From: Chthoniobacterales bacterium | GTDB taxonomy: Bacteria; Verrucomicrobiota; Verrucomicrobiia; Chthoniobacterales; Chthoniobacteraceae | Assembly: GCA_038207335.1 (NCBI GenBank) | Contig: JBBQZX010000014.1 | Coordinates: 32,001-96,000, forward strand | Direction: 5' to 3' | Length of the DNA stretch: 64,000 nt | Part shown: piece after piece, positions 55,741 through 64,000 of the stretch | Layout: each line of letters begins with the position of its first letter | How positions within the stretch are numbered: position 1 is the stretch's first letter | Position numbers and translations under genes: made by a program | Notes under the pieces: generated by a model | Seen by the model: the letters and a program-made list of their open reading frames with translations, nothing else | Told to the model about the DNA's origin: nothing | Database searches by the model: none

Positions 55741-57027
55741 GTGCCCACACCCCGAAAACTCCTCGTCGTCGATATTGCCGCGCTTGGCTGGAACATGGTT
55801 TCCCATTTGCCCGACTTCCAGCCCGCGCAAACCGTTTTCCCTGCCGTCACCAGCGTCTTCCAAGCCTCCTTCCGCACGGCCGCCGAGCCCGGAGCGCACG
55901 GCCTCGTCGCGAATGGGCTCTACTTTCGCGACCTGCGAAAAGTGCTCTTCTGGGAGCAGTCGTCAGCGCTCGTTGAAGGGCCGCGAATTTGGGAGAAGTT
56001 CCGCGCACGCGGCGGCACCGTAGGGATGATGTTCTGGCAGCAGAGTATGGGCGAAAATGTGGATTTCATCGCGACTCCAGCGCCGATTCACAAGCACAGC
56101 GGCGGCATGATCCAAGCCTGCTACACACAGCCCGCGAGTCTCGAAGCACGGCTCACCGAAGTCATCGGACGCCCGTTCAATTTGATGAATTACTGGGGCC
56201 CGCTCGCGAACTACAAATCGACCGACTGGATCGTCGATGCGACCTGCGCGGCGATGGGTATGCCGGACGTCGCGCCCGATCTCCTGCTCACGTATCTGCC
56301 TCATCTCGACTACGATTTGCAGCGCCACGGCCCCGACAGCGAGGCGGCGAAAAAGGCGCTCGATCTCCTGCTTGGATACCTCACCCGACTAAAGGCGGCG
56401 TGCCAGGATTTCGGCTACGACTGGCTCTTCGTCGGTGACTACGCGATCGAGCCCGTGAAGCGCGGCGCGATTTTTCCCAACCGAGTTTTGCGCGAAGCGG
56501 GGTTGTTCAATGTGCGAGACATTCGCGAGATGGATTACACCGATTTTCACACCAGCCGCGCCTTCGCCGTCGTCGATCACCAGGTCGCGCACGTCTATTG
56601 CCGCGACGACGCCTCCGCCCGCGAAGCTGCTTCAGCGCTTGAAACGACGCCGGGCATCGCCGCGGTGCTCGACAAAAAGGCGCAGGCTGAGCGCGGCCTC
56701 GCACACGCCCGCAGCGGTGAACTCATGATCGTTGCCGAAGATGGGGCGTGGTTCGCCTATCCGTGGTTCGAGCGGGAAAATGCGCCGGATTACGCGAGCC
56801 ACGTCGATATTCACAACAAGCCCGGCTACGACCCGTGCGAGCTGTTTTTCGGCTGGCCTCCGATGAGCGTCAGCTTCGATACGAGCAAGATTCACGGCTC
56901 ACACGGCAGCGTCGGAAAAGGATATGAAATCGCGTGGTCGTCCTCCCTCGACTTTGCACAAAAGCCCGTGACCGCGCTTGATCTCGCACGCGCCACTCGG
57001 TCGTGGCTGGAGGCGTGGGAGCGATGA
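55741..57027 (+). CDS. eboF: Alkaline phosphatase/nucleotide pyrophosphatase family protein, EboF-like
   Basis: FPAVT, HGLVANG, FWEQS, YLPHLDYDLQRHGP, AFAVVDHQVAHVY, VDIHNKPGYDP.ELF, GSHG. Confidence 0.85.
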   Translation: MPTPRKLLVVDIAALGWNMVSHLPDFQPAQTVFPAVTSVFQASFRTAAEPGAHGLVANGLYFRDLRKVLFWEQSSALVEGPRIWEKFRARGGTVGMMFWQQSMGENVDFIATPAPIHKHSGGMIQACYTQPASLEARLTEVIGRPFNLMNYWGPLANYKSTDWIVDATCAAMGMPDVAPDLLLTYLPHLDYDLQRHGPDSEAAKKALDLLLGYLTRLKAACQDFGYDWLFVGDYAIEPVKRGAIFPNRVLREAGLFNVRDIREMDYTDFHTSRAFAVVDHQVAHVYCRDDASAREAASALETTPGIAAVLDKKAQAERGLAHARSGELMIVAEDGAWFAYPWFERENAPDYASHVDIHNKPGYDPCELFFGWPPMSVSFDTSKIHGSHGSVGKGYEIAWSSSLDFAQKPVTALDLARATRSWLEAWER

Positions 57028-58223
57028 ATGCCGCACCCCCGTTTCTCGCAAACGCCTCACACGAAGTACGCCAGCAAATCACAGTCGAGTGGGACTTTCC
57101 CGTCGTCTTCACGCACGCGATCTTCTCCACCGAAAATCCGACGCTGCTCGACACTCTGAACCGGCTCAACGAGCATCGCCGACATCGCGCGATGGTCTTC
57201 ATCGACTCGCAAGTCGCGAATACGAAGCCCGAACTTTCGGCGCAAATCACCGCGTATTTCGACGCCAATCCGCGCCAGCTTGAACTCGCCGCGTCGCCGC
57301 AAATCGTCCCCGGTGGCGAGGCCGTAAAAAATGACTTTTCGCTCGTCGAGAGCTTCATGCGATTGCTCCTCGGCGCGCGCATGGATCGGCACGCATTCGT
57401 CATCATCGTCGGCGGCGGCGCGGTGATGGATGCCGTCGGCCTCGCCGCCGCGCTCGTGCATCGCGGACTGCGGCAGGTGCGCGTGCCGACAACCGTTCTT
57501 GGCCAAAACGACGCGGGCGTCGGAGTTAAAAACGGAGTCAATTTCGCCGGAGGCAAAAACGCGATCGGCACATTCGCGCCACCGTTCGCGGTGCTGAACG
57601 ACTTCGATTTCCTCCTCTCACTTGGTCAGCGCGACTGGCTTTGCGGCGTGGCCGAGGCGTTCAAAGTCGCGATCATCCGCGACCGCGATTTCTTCGACTG
57701 GCTCACCGCTCACGCGTCCGCGTTTCCCGCGCGCGATTTTTCGGCGATGCAGACACTCGTCGAGCGGTGCGCCGTGATGCATCTTGAGCACATTCGCACG
57801 AACGGCGACCCATTCGAATACGGGCGCGCGCGCCCGCTCGATTTCGGACACTGGTCGGCACACAAGCTCGAGCTCATCTCCGGCTTTCGCATCTCGCACG
57901 GCGAGGCGGTGGCGGCGGGCGTGCTACTCGATTCCATTTACGCGGCGATGCTCGGCTGGATCACCGCCGACGAACTCACGCTCATCCGCGAGGGGCTGAA
58001 ACAGAGCGGCTTCGCGCTGTGGTTCGATGAGATTGAAAAGCGCGACCCAAGCGGCGATCGCGCCGTGTTCGCGGGCCTCCGCGAATTCCAAGAGCATCTC
58101 GGCGGCGAACTGTGCGTGACCTATCCGCGCGGCATCGGCGCACGGCACGAGGTGCATGAAATCGACCTTGCCAAGATGGAACTCGCGATTCAGGAACTGC
58201 GTCGTTTTTCCGCCGCGCCATGA
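57024..58223 (+). CDS. eboD: 3-dehydroquinate-synthase-like sugar-phosphate cyclase, EboD
   Basis: GGEAVKN, GGGAVMDAVG, PTTVLGQNDAGVGVKNG, DPFE.G.ARPLDFGHWSAHKLE, HGEAVA, GL.EF.EHLGG.L. Confidence 0.9.
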   Translation: MNAAPPFLANASHEVRQQITVEWDFPVVFTHAIFSTENPTLLDTLNRLNEHRRHRAMVFIDSQVANTKPELSAQITAYFDANPRQLELAASPQIVPGGEAVKNDFSLVESFMRLLLGARMDRHAFVIIVGGGAVMDAVGLAAALVHRGLRQVRVPTTVLGQNDAGVGVKNGVNFAGGKNAIGTFAPPFAVLNDFDFLLSLGQRDWLCGVAEAFKVAIIRDRDFFDWLTAHASAFPARDFSAMQTLVERCAVMHLEHIRTNGDPFEYGRARPLDFGHWSAHKLELISGFRISHGEAVAAGVLLDSIYAAMLGWITADELTLIREGLKQSGFALWFDEIEKRDPSGDRAVFAGLREFQEHLGGELCVTYPRGIGARHEVHEIDLAKMELAIQELRRFSAAP

Positions 58224-59416
58224 TCCTGCAGCATCGGCCACCGCTTCATCTCACCTATTGCCTCAATATTCACCCCGGCGAAAGCTGGGCGGATAACTTC
58301 GCGGCCATCCGCGACAAGGCAGTCGCGGTGAAGCAGCGCGTCGCCCCGGATCAATGGTTTGGCCTCGGTCTGCGGATCGCGCATCACGCCGCCGCGCGGC
58401 TCGCATCGGATCATGCGCTCATCGACGAAGCGCGTGATTTTTTCGCCGAGCACCAGCTCTATCCCTTCACGATCAATGGCTTTCCCTACGGCCGCTTTCA
58501 TCAGGGGCCGGTGAAAGAGCGCGTCTATCAGCCCGACTGGCGCACGCCGGAACGGCGCGATTACACGATCCAGCTAGCCGATATTTTCACGCACTTCCTG
58601 CCGGGCGAAGTCGATGGATCGATCAGCACCGTGCCGTGCTCCTTCAAGCCGTGGATCACGAGCGATGACGACAAGTTCGTGATGGCGCGCAACTTCGCCG
58701 CCGTCGTCGCATATCTCGCCGCGATCCGAGACGACACGGGCCAGGAGATTCATCTGGGCATCGAGCCGGAGCCGGACTGCTATCTCGAGACGACGAGCGA
58801 GACGATCGACTTTTTCAAGGACGCACTGCTCACCGTCGGCGTCGAAGAAGTGGCACGCATCATGGGCTGTCCGCGAGGGCAGGCGGAAACGCTGCTGCGG
58901 CGGCACCTCGGCGTCTGCTTCGATACGTGCCACGTCTCGCTGCAATATGAGGATCTCGTCGAGTCGTATCGACGTTACGTGTCGGAAGGCATTCGCATCT
59001 CAAAAGTACAGATCAGTGCGGCGCTCCGCGGCGCCTCGAACTCCGAGACGTGGGAAGCGCTGCGCGCATTCGATGAGCCGGTCTATTTGCACCAAGTCAA
59101 AGGCGTCACGGATGCGGGTGCGAAAATCGCGTGGTATGACCTGCCGGAGATGCTTCAGGAAGTCGCGACCTTCCCGGAAATCGAAGAGTTGCGAGTGCAT
59201 TTTCACGTCCCACTTTTCATGTCGTCATCCGGCCCGCTGAGTTCCACCGCATCGGAACTGACGCCCGATTTTTTCCATGAACTCCGCACCGGCTCGTGCT
59301 CGCACCTCGAGATCGAGACCTACACCTTCGACGTGCTCCCCGCGGAATTCACCCCAGGCGATGTCGTGAAGAGCATCGCCCGCGAATACTCGTGGGTGCT
59401 CTCACGACTGCACTGA
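58220..59416 (+). CDS. eboE: EboE (xylose-isomerase-like TIM barrel)
   Basis: HLTYCLNIHPGESW, TINGFPYG.FH..VKE.VY.PDW, EPEPDC, D.CH, YLHQV, RVHFHVP, EIETYT. Confidence 0.92.
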   Translation: MILQHRPPLHLTYCLNIHPGESWADNFAAIRDKAVAVKQRVAPDQWFGLGLRIAHHAAARLASDHALIDEARDFFAEHQLYPFTINGFPYGRFHQGPVKERVYQPDWRTPERRDYTIQLADIFTHFLPGEVDGSISTVPCSFKPWITSDDDKFVMARNFAAVVAYLAAIRDDTGQEIHLGIEPEPDCYLETTSETIDFFKDALLTVGVEEVARIMGCPRGQAETLLRRHLGVCFDTCHVSLQYEDLVESYRRYVSEGIRISKVQISAALRGASNSETWEALRAFDEPVYLHQVKGVTDAGAKIAWYDLPEMLQEVATFPEIEELRVHFHVPLFMSSSGPLSSTASELTPDFFHELRTGSCSHLEIETYTFDVLPAEFTPGDVVKSIAREYSWVLSRLH

Positions 59417-59449
59417 CCGCCAAACGGTCGGCGATTCCATAAACGAAAA

Positions 59450-59477
59450 CGGGCGTGACCGGAGTCACGCCCGCTTT
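59450..59477. terminator. Hairpin between convergent eboE and DUF4142 genes, probably a bidirectional terminator
   Basis: CGGGCGTGAC-CGGA-GTCACGCCCG perfect 10-bp stem flanked by A- and T-rich sequence. Confidence 0.75.
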
Positions 59478-59501
59478 GAGTTTTTCTGATGAACGGTGAG
59501 C

Positions 59502-60071
59502 TTACTTCGCTTTCGCGACAGCCTTTTCCGCGGTGTTCGTCTCGTCGTCGATCGACTTCAACGTCGGCTCCCACGTCATCGCGAGCGCCTTGAGTTCTGC
59601 GTTCTGCGCCGACTTCCCGGCAGTAAAAGCCGTCGCAAGATGCTTCGTCTCCTTGCCCACGAGTTTGATCCACTCCTTGTCGAACTTGTCCCCAGGCGCC
59701 TTGTTCAGCCTTTCGATCTTCGACTTGTCCGAATTCGGCACCGCTTCCGGTAGCTTGTCGCCATTTGCTGTCGCCATCGGCGCGAGCTGCTCCCACAGCT
59801 TCGTCATTTCCGTGCTGATCTTTTCACCAACCGCATTCGCCTCGGTCACCTTCAAGGATTCGCGCTTCTTTTTGTCGCTGAGATTCATCAGGAGATACAT
59901 GCTTTCGAGCGAGTTCTTGACGAAGCTCTTGTCCTGAGAAGAGAGAGGTTTCGCCTTCTCGGCGGGCTTTGCGGGAGTGGTTGCCCCGGGAGCGGCGTCT
60001 TGGGCGAAAATCGGTGTCGCTGCGAGGAGCACGATGGAGAGTGCGAGGCGTGGGAACATGGGAGTTTTCAT
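59502..60071 (-). CDS. Exported DUF4142-like helical protein
   Basis: Signal peptide; LSSQDKSFV, L....GDKFDKEW, AQNAELKALA. Confidence 0.7.
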   Translation of the reverse strand: MKTPMFPRLALSIVLLAATPIFAQDAAPGATTPAKPAEKAKPLSSQDKSFVKNSLESMYLLMNLSDKKKRESLKVTEANAVGEKISTEMTKLWEQLAPMATANGDKLPEAVPNSDKSKIERLNKAPGDKFDKEWIKLVGKETKHLATAFTAGKSAQNAELKALAMTWEPTLKSIDDETNTAEKAVAKAK

Positions 60072-60167
60072 GGGTATTTGGGATTGTGTAACAGCAGCAA
60101 CTTATGCCGGAAATCAAGCCCCGACAGCAAGACACAATGCGGTTTCCGGTCAACAATCAGTTCGGCG

Positions 60168-60196
60168 TTGACAGCTCGAAAAGTGCCCGCTGTCAT
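60168..60196 (+). promoter_or_regulatory. Sigma70-like promoter overlapped by an inverted repeat
   Basis: TTGACA-17 nt-TGTCAT; TGACAGC (60169-60175) and GCTGTCA (60189-60195) form a perfect inverted repeat. Confidence 0.55.
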
Positions 60197-60251
60197 GGCG
60201 CGCCTTTTCCCCGGAGGCACCTTCCCACTTTTCGTTTCCCCTCACGTTTCT

Positions 60252-61382
60252 ATGGCCAAAAAGAAAATCAACGTCGCGATCGTCGGTCTTGGGTTCGGCG
60301 CGGAGTTCATCCCGATCTACCAGCTTCACCCCGATGCAAACATGGCGGCGATCTGCCAGCGCACGCAGAAGAAACTCGACGCCGTCGGCGACGCGTTCGG
60401 AGTCGAAAAGCGATACACGGATTTCGAGAAACTGCTGAAGGACCCGGACATCGACGTCATCCACATCAACTCGCCGATCCCCGATCACGGCTGGCAGACG
60501 ATAGCCGCGCTGAAGGCCGGGAAGCATGTTGCCTGCACCGTGCCAATGGCCACCTCGATCGACGAGTGCAAGCAGATCGTCCAGCTCTGCCAAAAGACCG
60601 GGCTGAAATACATGATGATGGAGACCGTCGTGTATGCCCGCGAATACCTCTACGTGAAGGAACTCTACGAAAAGGGAGAGCTCGGGAAGATTCAGTTTTT
60701 GCAGGCGAGCCACCAGCAGGACATGGATGGCTGGCCGAATTACTGGCCCGGCCTCCCACCGATGTGGTACGCCATGCACTGCGTCGGCCCCATGCTCGCG
60801 CTCACCGACGCGAGCGCGGAATACGTGAGCTGCTTCGGCTCCGGTCAAGTGCGGCCCGAACTCGAAAAGGCCTACGGCAGTCCGTTCGCCGTCGAGACCG
60901 CGCACATCAAGCTCAAGGACTCGAACCTCACCGCGCGAATCATTCGCTCGCTCTTCGACACGGCGCGGCAGTATCGCGAATCGATCGACGTGTATGGCTC
61001 TAAGAAATCGTTCGAATGGTCGCTCATCGAGCACGAGGAGCATGTTCTCCACACCGCAAAATTGCCCGAGCACAAGATCCCGAAAAAGGTTCGCGTCCCC
61101 GACTTTGCAAAGCGCCTCCCAAAAGCAATCCGCGGCTTCACCACCGGCGGAGTCTATGGAAAAGGCAGCGGCAAAAAGAGCCACGTTTCTTTTGTCCAAG
61201 GCTCCGGCCACGGCGGTTCGCACCCGCACCTCGCGCACGAGTTCATCACCGCGCTCGTTGAAAATCGCGACCCAATGCCGAACGCGAAGCAATCCGCCAA
61301 CTGGACCTGCGTCGGCCTCTGCGCCCACGAGTCCGCGATGAATGGCGGCAAAATCGTGAAGCTCCCGGCCTTTACCGTCTGA
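60252..61382 (+). CDS. Gfo/Idh/MocA family oxidoreductase
   Basis: VAIVGLGFG, D.DIDVIHINSP..DH, AGKHVACTVPMA, GHGGSHPHL. Confidence 0.92.
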   Translation: MAKKKINVAIVGLGFGAEFIPIYQLHPDANMAAICQRTQKKLDAVGDAFGVEKRYTDFEKLLKDPDIDVIHINSPIPDHGWQTIAALKAGKHVACTVPMATSIDECKQIVQLCQKTGLKYMMMETVVYAREYLYVKELYEKGELGKIQFLQASHQQDMDGWPNYWPGLPPMWYAMHCVGPMLALTDASAEYVSCFGSGQVRPELEKAYGSPFAVETAHIKLKDSNLTARIIRSLFDTARQYRESIDVYGSKKSFEWSLIEHEEHVLHTAKLPEHKIPKKVRVPDFAKRLPKAIRGFTTGGVYGKGSGKKSHVSFVQGSGHGGSHPHLAHEFITALVENRDPMPNAKQSANWTCVGLCAHESAMNGGKIVKLPAFTV

Positions 61383-61415
61383 CCCAATCCCCTCCCCAAC
61401 CCAACCCAACCCTAA

Positions 61416-63098
61416 ATGAGCACAATCGATAACATCGCAGACACCAACGACCCAGGCATCGCGCCGAACGCGAAGCGCCTCCTCTGGGCCGGCTTCATGG
61501 CCATCCTCGCCGCCGGCGTCGGCTTCGCGCTGCGAGGCGGCATCTTCGATAACTGGGGGAAGGAGTTCGGCTTCACCGGCGCGCAGCTCGGCGCCATCGG
61601 TGGCGCGGGCTTCTCTGGCTTCTGCTTCGGCATCATCATCGGTGGCGTCATCGTCGATAAAATCGGATACGGCAAACTGGTCTGCGTGGCGCTCGTCTGC
61701 CACATCCTTTCCGCGTTCGTGACCTTTGGCGCGAGCACACCGTCGAACGCCTACAACATGCTCTTCTGGGGCATGTTTATCTTCGCCTTTGCCAACGGCA
61801 CTTTGGAAGCCGTTGCCAATCCGCTCGTCGCGACGCTCTTCCCGCACAACCGCACACATTACCTCAACATTCTCCACGCGAGCTGGCCAGCCGGCATGAT
61901 CCTCGGTTCCGCCGCCGGTTGGATCCTCGACGACAAGATGCAGGTGCATTGGAAATATCAACTCGCCCTCTATCTCATCCCGACCGCGCTCTACGGATTA
62001 ATGTTCCTCGGCCAGAAATTCCCCCGCTCCGAGGCGGCGGCGAAAGGCGCGACCTTCGTACAAATGTTCAAGAGCGTCGGCATCCTGGGCGCACTCGTCG
62101 CCTGCTACCTGCTGGCGCTGTTCTTCGGCGACATTTTCAAAGGCGTGTCCCCCGAAAATGCGAAGCTCATCGGCTACGGCATCGGCGGCGCGCTACTGAT
62201 TACGGTCGGCATCATCACCCGGTTTTCGATCGGCTCGTTTTTGCTGTTCGTCCTCTTCATCACCCACGTCTTGGTCGGCGCTGTCGAACTCGGTACGGAC
62301 GGATGGATTCAGAATATCACCGGCAATCTCTTCACCTCCGAGCAGGGCAAATACCTATTCATCTGGACCTCGGCGATCATGTTCAGCCTCCGGTTCTGCG
62401 CGCATTTCATCGAGCGCACTTTGAAGCTCTCGCCGATCGGCTTGCTCTTCATCTGCGCGGTCATTGCCTGCATCGGGCTGAATCTCGCAAGCGGCATGGC
62501 CACCTTCGGCGCAGCTCTGTTGGCGCTCGGCATCTACGCCGTCGGCAAGACGTTCTTCTGGCCAACCATGCTCGCGGTCGTCGGCGATCGCTTCCCGCAG
62601 ACCGGTGCAGTCGCGATGTCCATCATGGGAGGCATCGGAATGCTCTCCGCCGGCCTCATCGGCGGCCCTGGCCTCGGCTACGCGAAAGATCGTTTCGCGG
62701 GCGAGGAGTTGAACAAGGCGGATTCCGCGCTCTTCGCAGAGTACAAGGCGGCGCAGCCGTCCGAATTCCTCAACATCGACTCCACTGCTGCCACGGGGCT
62801 CGACGGCAAGAAGCTCGGTGAAGCCAATGATCGCCTCGCCGCGATCCGCAAGGAAGTCGAAGCGGCTGGCGGCGATCCGAAGTCGGCTCTTGAGAAGCTC
62901 GACGTCAAGGATCGGACGGTGATCCAAGCAAGCATCAACGGCGACCGTCGCACGTTGAAAGCCGACTCCTTCATTCCAGCCGCGATGGCGTGCATCTATC
63001 TCCTGCTCTTCCTGTATTTCAAAGCGATCGGCGGCTACAAGCCGGTGCATATCGCCGAGGATTTCACGGGCGGAACGCAGGGGCCGATGCAGGCTTAA
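61416..63098 (+). CDS. MFS transporter
   Basis: About 12 TM segments; [10 protein letters not shown] motif [25 protein letters not shown]. Confidence 0.92.
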   Translation: MSTIDNIADTNDPGIAPNAKRLLWAGFMAILAAGVGFALRGGIFDNWGKEFGFTGAQLGAIGGAGFSGFCFGIIIGGVIVDKIGYGKLVCVALVCHILSAFVTFGASTPSNAYNMLFWGMFIFAFANGTLEAVANPLVATLFPHNRTHYLNILHASWPAGMILGSAAGWILDDKMQVHWKYQLALYLIPTALYGLMFLGQKFPRSEAAAKGATFVQMFKSVGILGALVACYLLALFFGDIFKGVSPENAKLIGYGIGGALLITVGIITRFSIGSFLLFVLFITHVLVGAVELGTDGWIQNITGNLFTSEQGKYLFIWTSAIMFSLRFCAHFIERTLKLSPIGLLFICAVIACIGLNLASGMATFGAALLALGIYAVGKTFFWPTMLAVVGDRFPQTGAVAMSIMGGIGMLSAGLIGGPGLGYAKDRFAGEELNKADSALFAEYKAAQPSEFLNIDSTAATGLDGKKLGEANDRLAAIRKEVEAAGGDPKSALEKLDVKDRTVIQASINGDRRTLKADSFIPAAMACIYLLLFLYFKAIGGYKPVHIAEDFTGGTQGPMQA

Positions 63099-63128
63099 AA
63101 CCGCGCACCGACCACGCAAAAGTTTGAA

Positions 63129-63165
63129 AGGGACAGGGGTTTGAACCCCCTGTCCCTCTTTTTTT
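63129..63165 (+). terminator. Rho-independent terminator after the MFS gene
   Basis: AGGGACAGGGG-loop-CCCCTGTCCCT 11-bp stem followed by CTTTTTTT. Confidence 0.88.
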
Positions 63166-63251
63166 GTGTCCAGAGCAGCCGAACTGACTGCCGTGTCACA
63201 GGTTTGGCCTGACACTTGCGATAAGCCGTCGACTCGTCCAACTGTAACTCA

Positions 63252-64000
63252 ATGACCACCCCTGTATCTCAGCTTCCATCTGGACCCGAACTCGCGGAGT
63301 CAATGCTCCAGAATGTTCGCGATGCCGTGCCGCTGGGGATCGAGCAAATCGAGATGATGCTCGGACTGCTTGCGGTGGATGGCAGACCGCTACGGAGCTT
63401 CCTTGAAGTCGGATGCGAGCACGGCTTGCTTGCTTCCGCGCTGCTTGGAGAACATCGAGAAGCGAAGGGTGTAATCGTGGACGCTTCCGCAAAATCGCTC
63501 GCATCGGTTCGCTCTCCGCTGAAGCCCTATCTTGATCAACTTGAACTGCTTTCAATCGATTTTACGCAGGATACGTGGATTGATTCTTTAAGGGGCAGAG
63601 CGCCTTTCGATGCTGTCGTGACTGCATTTGCGACACACGCACTCAGCGAAAAAGCCAAGCGCCGTATCTTCGCGGAGTTCCTCTCGCTGCTGCGTCCCGA
63701 CGGAATTCTGATCATCTTTGAACACGTCTCTTCCGCCACCCGCTGGACTGAATCGGTGTGGGACGACACGATGATTCAGGCCATCTTCGGCGAGGAACTG
63801 AAGGAGCAGCCAAGTCTGCCACGGGCCGAAGTAGCACGCGAATATTACGAACGAAATGCGAAACAGGGAGCGACGAATGCCCCGCTCGAAGTGCAGTGCG
63901 AATGGCTCCGCGAAATCGGATTCGAGAGTGTCGAGTGTTTTTTGAAAGTGAGCGAGCTCGCAATGTTTGGAGGACAAAAGCCGGGTGCGAGCCACAAGTA
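63252..64000 (+). CDS. Class I SAM-dependent methyltransferase-fold protein; reaches the right edge and is absent from the ORF track
   Basis: My translation gives 249 open codons (MTTPVSQ...FLEVGCEHG...VDAS...PFDAVVTAFATHAL...LRPDGILIIFEHV...QCEWLREIGF...FGGQKP) ending in TA, probably a stop codon. Confidence 0.8.
   Translation, partial: MTTPVSQLPSGPELAESMLQNVRDAVPLGIEQIEMMLGLLAVDGRPLRSFLEVGCEHGLLASALLGEHREAKGVIVDASAKSLASVRSPLKPYLDQLELLSIDFTQDTWIDSLRGRAPFDAVVTAFATHALSEKAKRRIFAEFLSLLRPDGILIIFEHVSSATRWTESVWDDTMIQAIFGEELKEQPSLPRAEVAREYYERNAKQGATNAPLEVQCEWLREIGFESVECFLKVSELAMFGGQKPGASHK

Noticed and set aside
57024..58223. Calling this gene housekeeping aroB
   Set aside because: The DFGHWSAHKLE and EHLGG motifs and its position between eboF and eboE indicate the EboD subfamily
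61385..61412. CCCAA repeats upstream of the MFS gene, and C-runs near 42810-42850, as phase-variation tracts
   Set aside because: Short and consistent with the general local C-richness; reading frames are intact
1..64000. CRISPR array, cas genes, rRNA, prophage or anti-phage defence operon
   Set aside because: No regularly spaced direct repeats and no recognisable cas, rRNA, phage structural or defence genes seen by eye

Overview
High-GC bacterial chromosomal DNA. Protein families, secreted-protein C-terminal domains and a GTAG-type REP point to Verrucomicrobiota, probably Chthoniobacterales-like (inference only). Layout: (1) 0.45-7.55 kb, a run of exported carbohydrate/redox enzymes (deacetylase, GH76, cytochrome c-PQQ dehydrogenase, mutarotase, serine hydrolase, lactonase). 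(2) hflX plus a 1562-aa coiled-coil protein. (3) 16.3-42.9 kb, a biosynthetic/export locus with three flavin-dependent halogenase-like enzymes, an ACP, an adenylate-forming enzyme, a stand-alone condensation-like protein, an FAD oxidoreductase, a methyltransferase, a patatin, three acyltransferases, a deacetylase and two MMPL+LolA modules, but no ketosynthase in the window. This is the best candidate for an undescribed system, possibly making and exporting a halogenated envelope lipid. (4) tRNA-Gln(CTG) followed by a decayed islet (IS5 remnant, AT-rich phospholipase C-like gene, orphan AbrB-type antitoxin). (5) A partner-less TpsA/FHA-like protein and other surface proteins, cinA and an L,D-transpeptidase. 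(6) A partial ebo operon (eboF-eboD-eboE), a Gfo/Idh/MocA oxidoreductase with an MFS transporter, and a terminal methyltransferase. No CRISPR array, rRNA or intact mobile element was seen. All family calls come from motifs read by eye, not from database searches.
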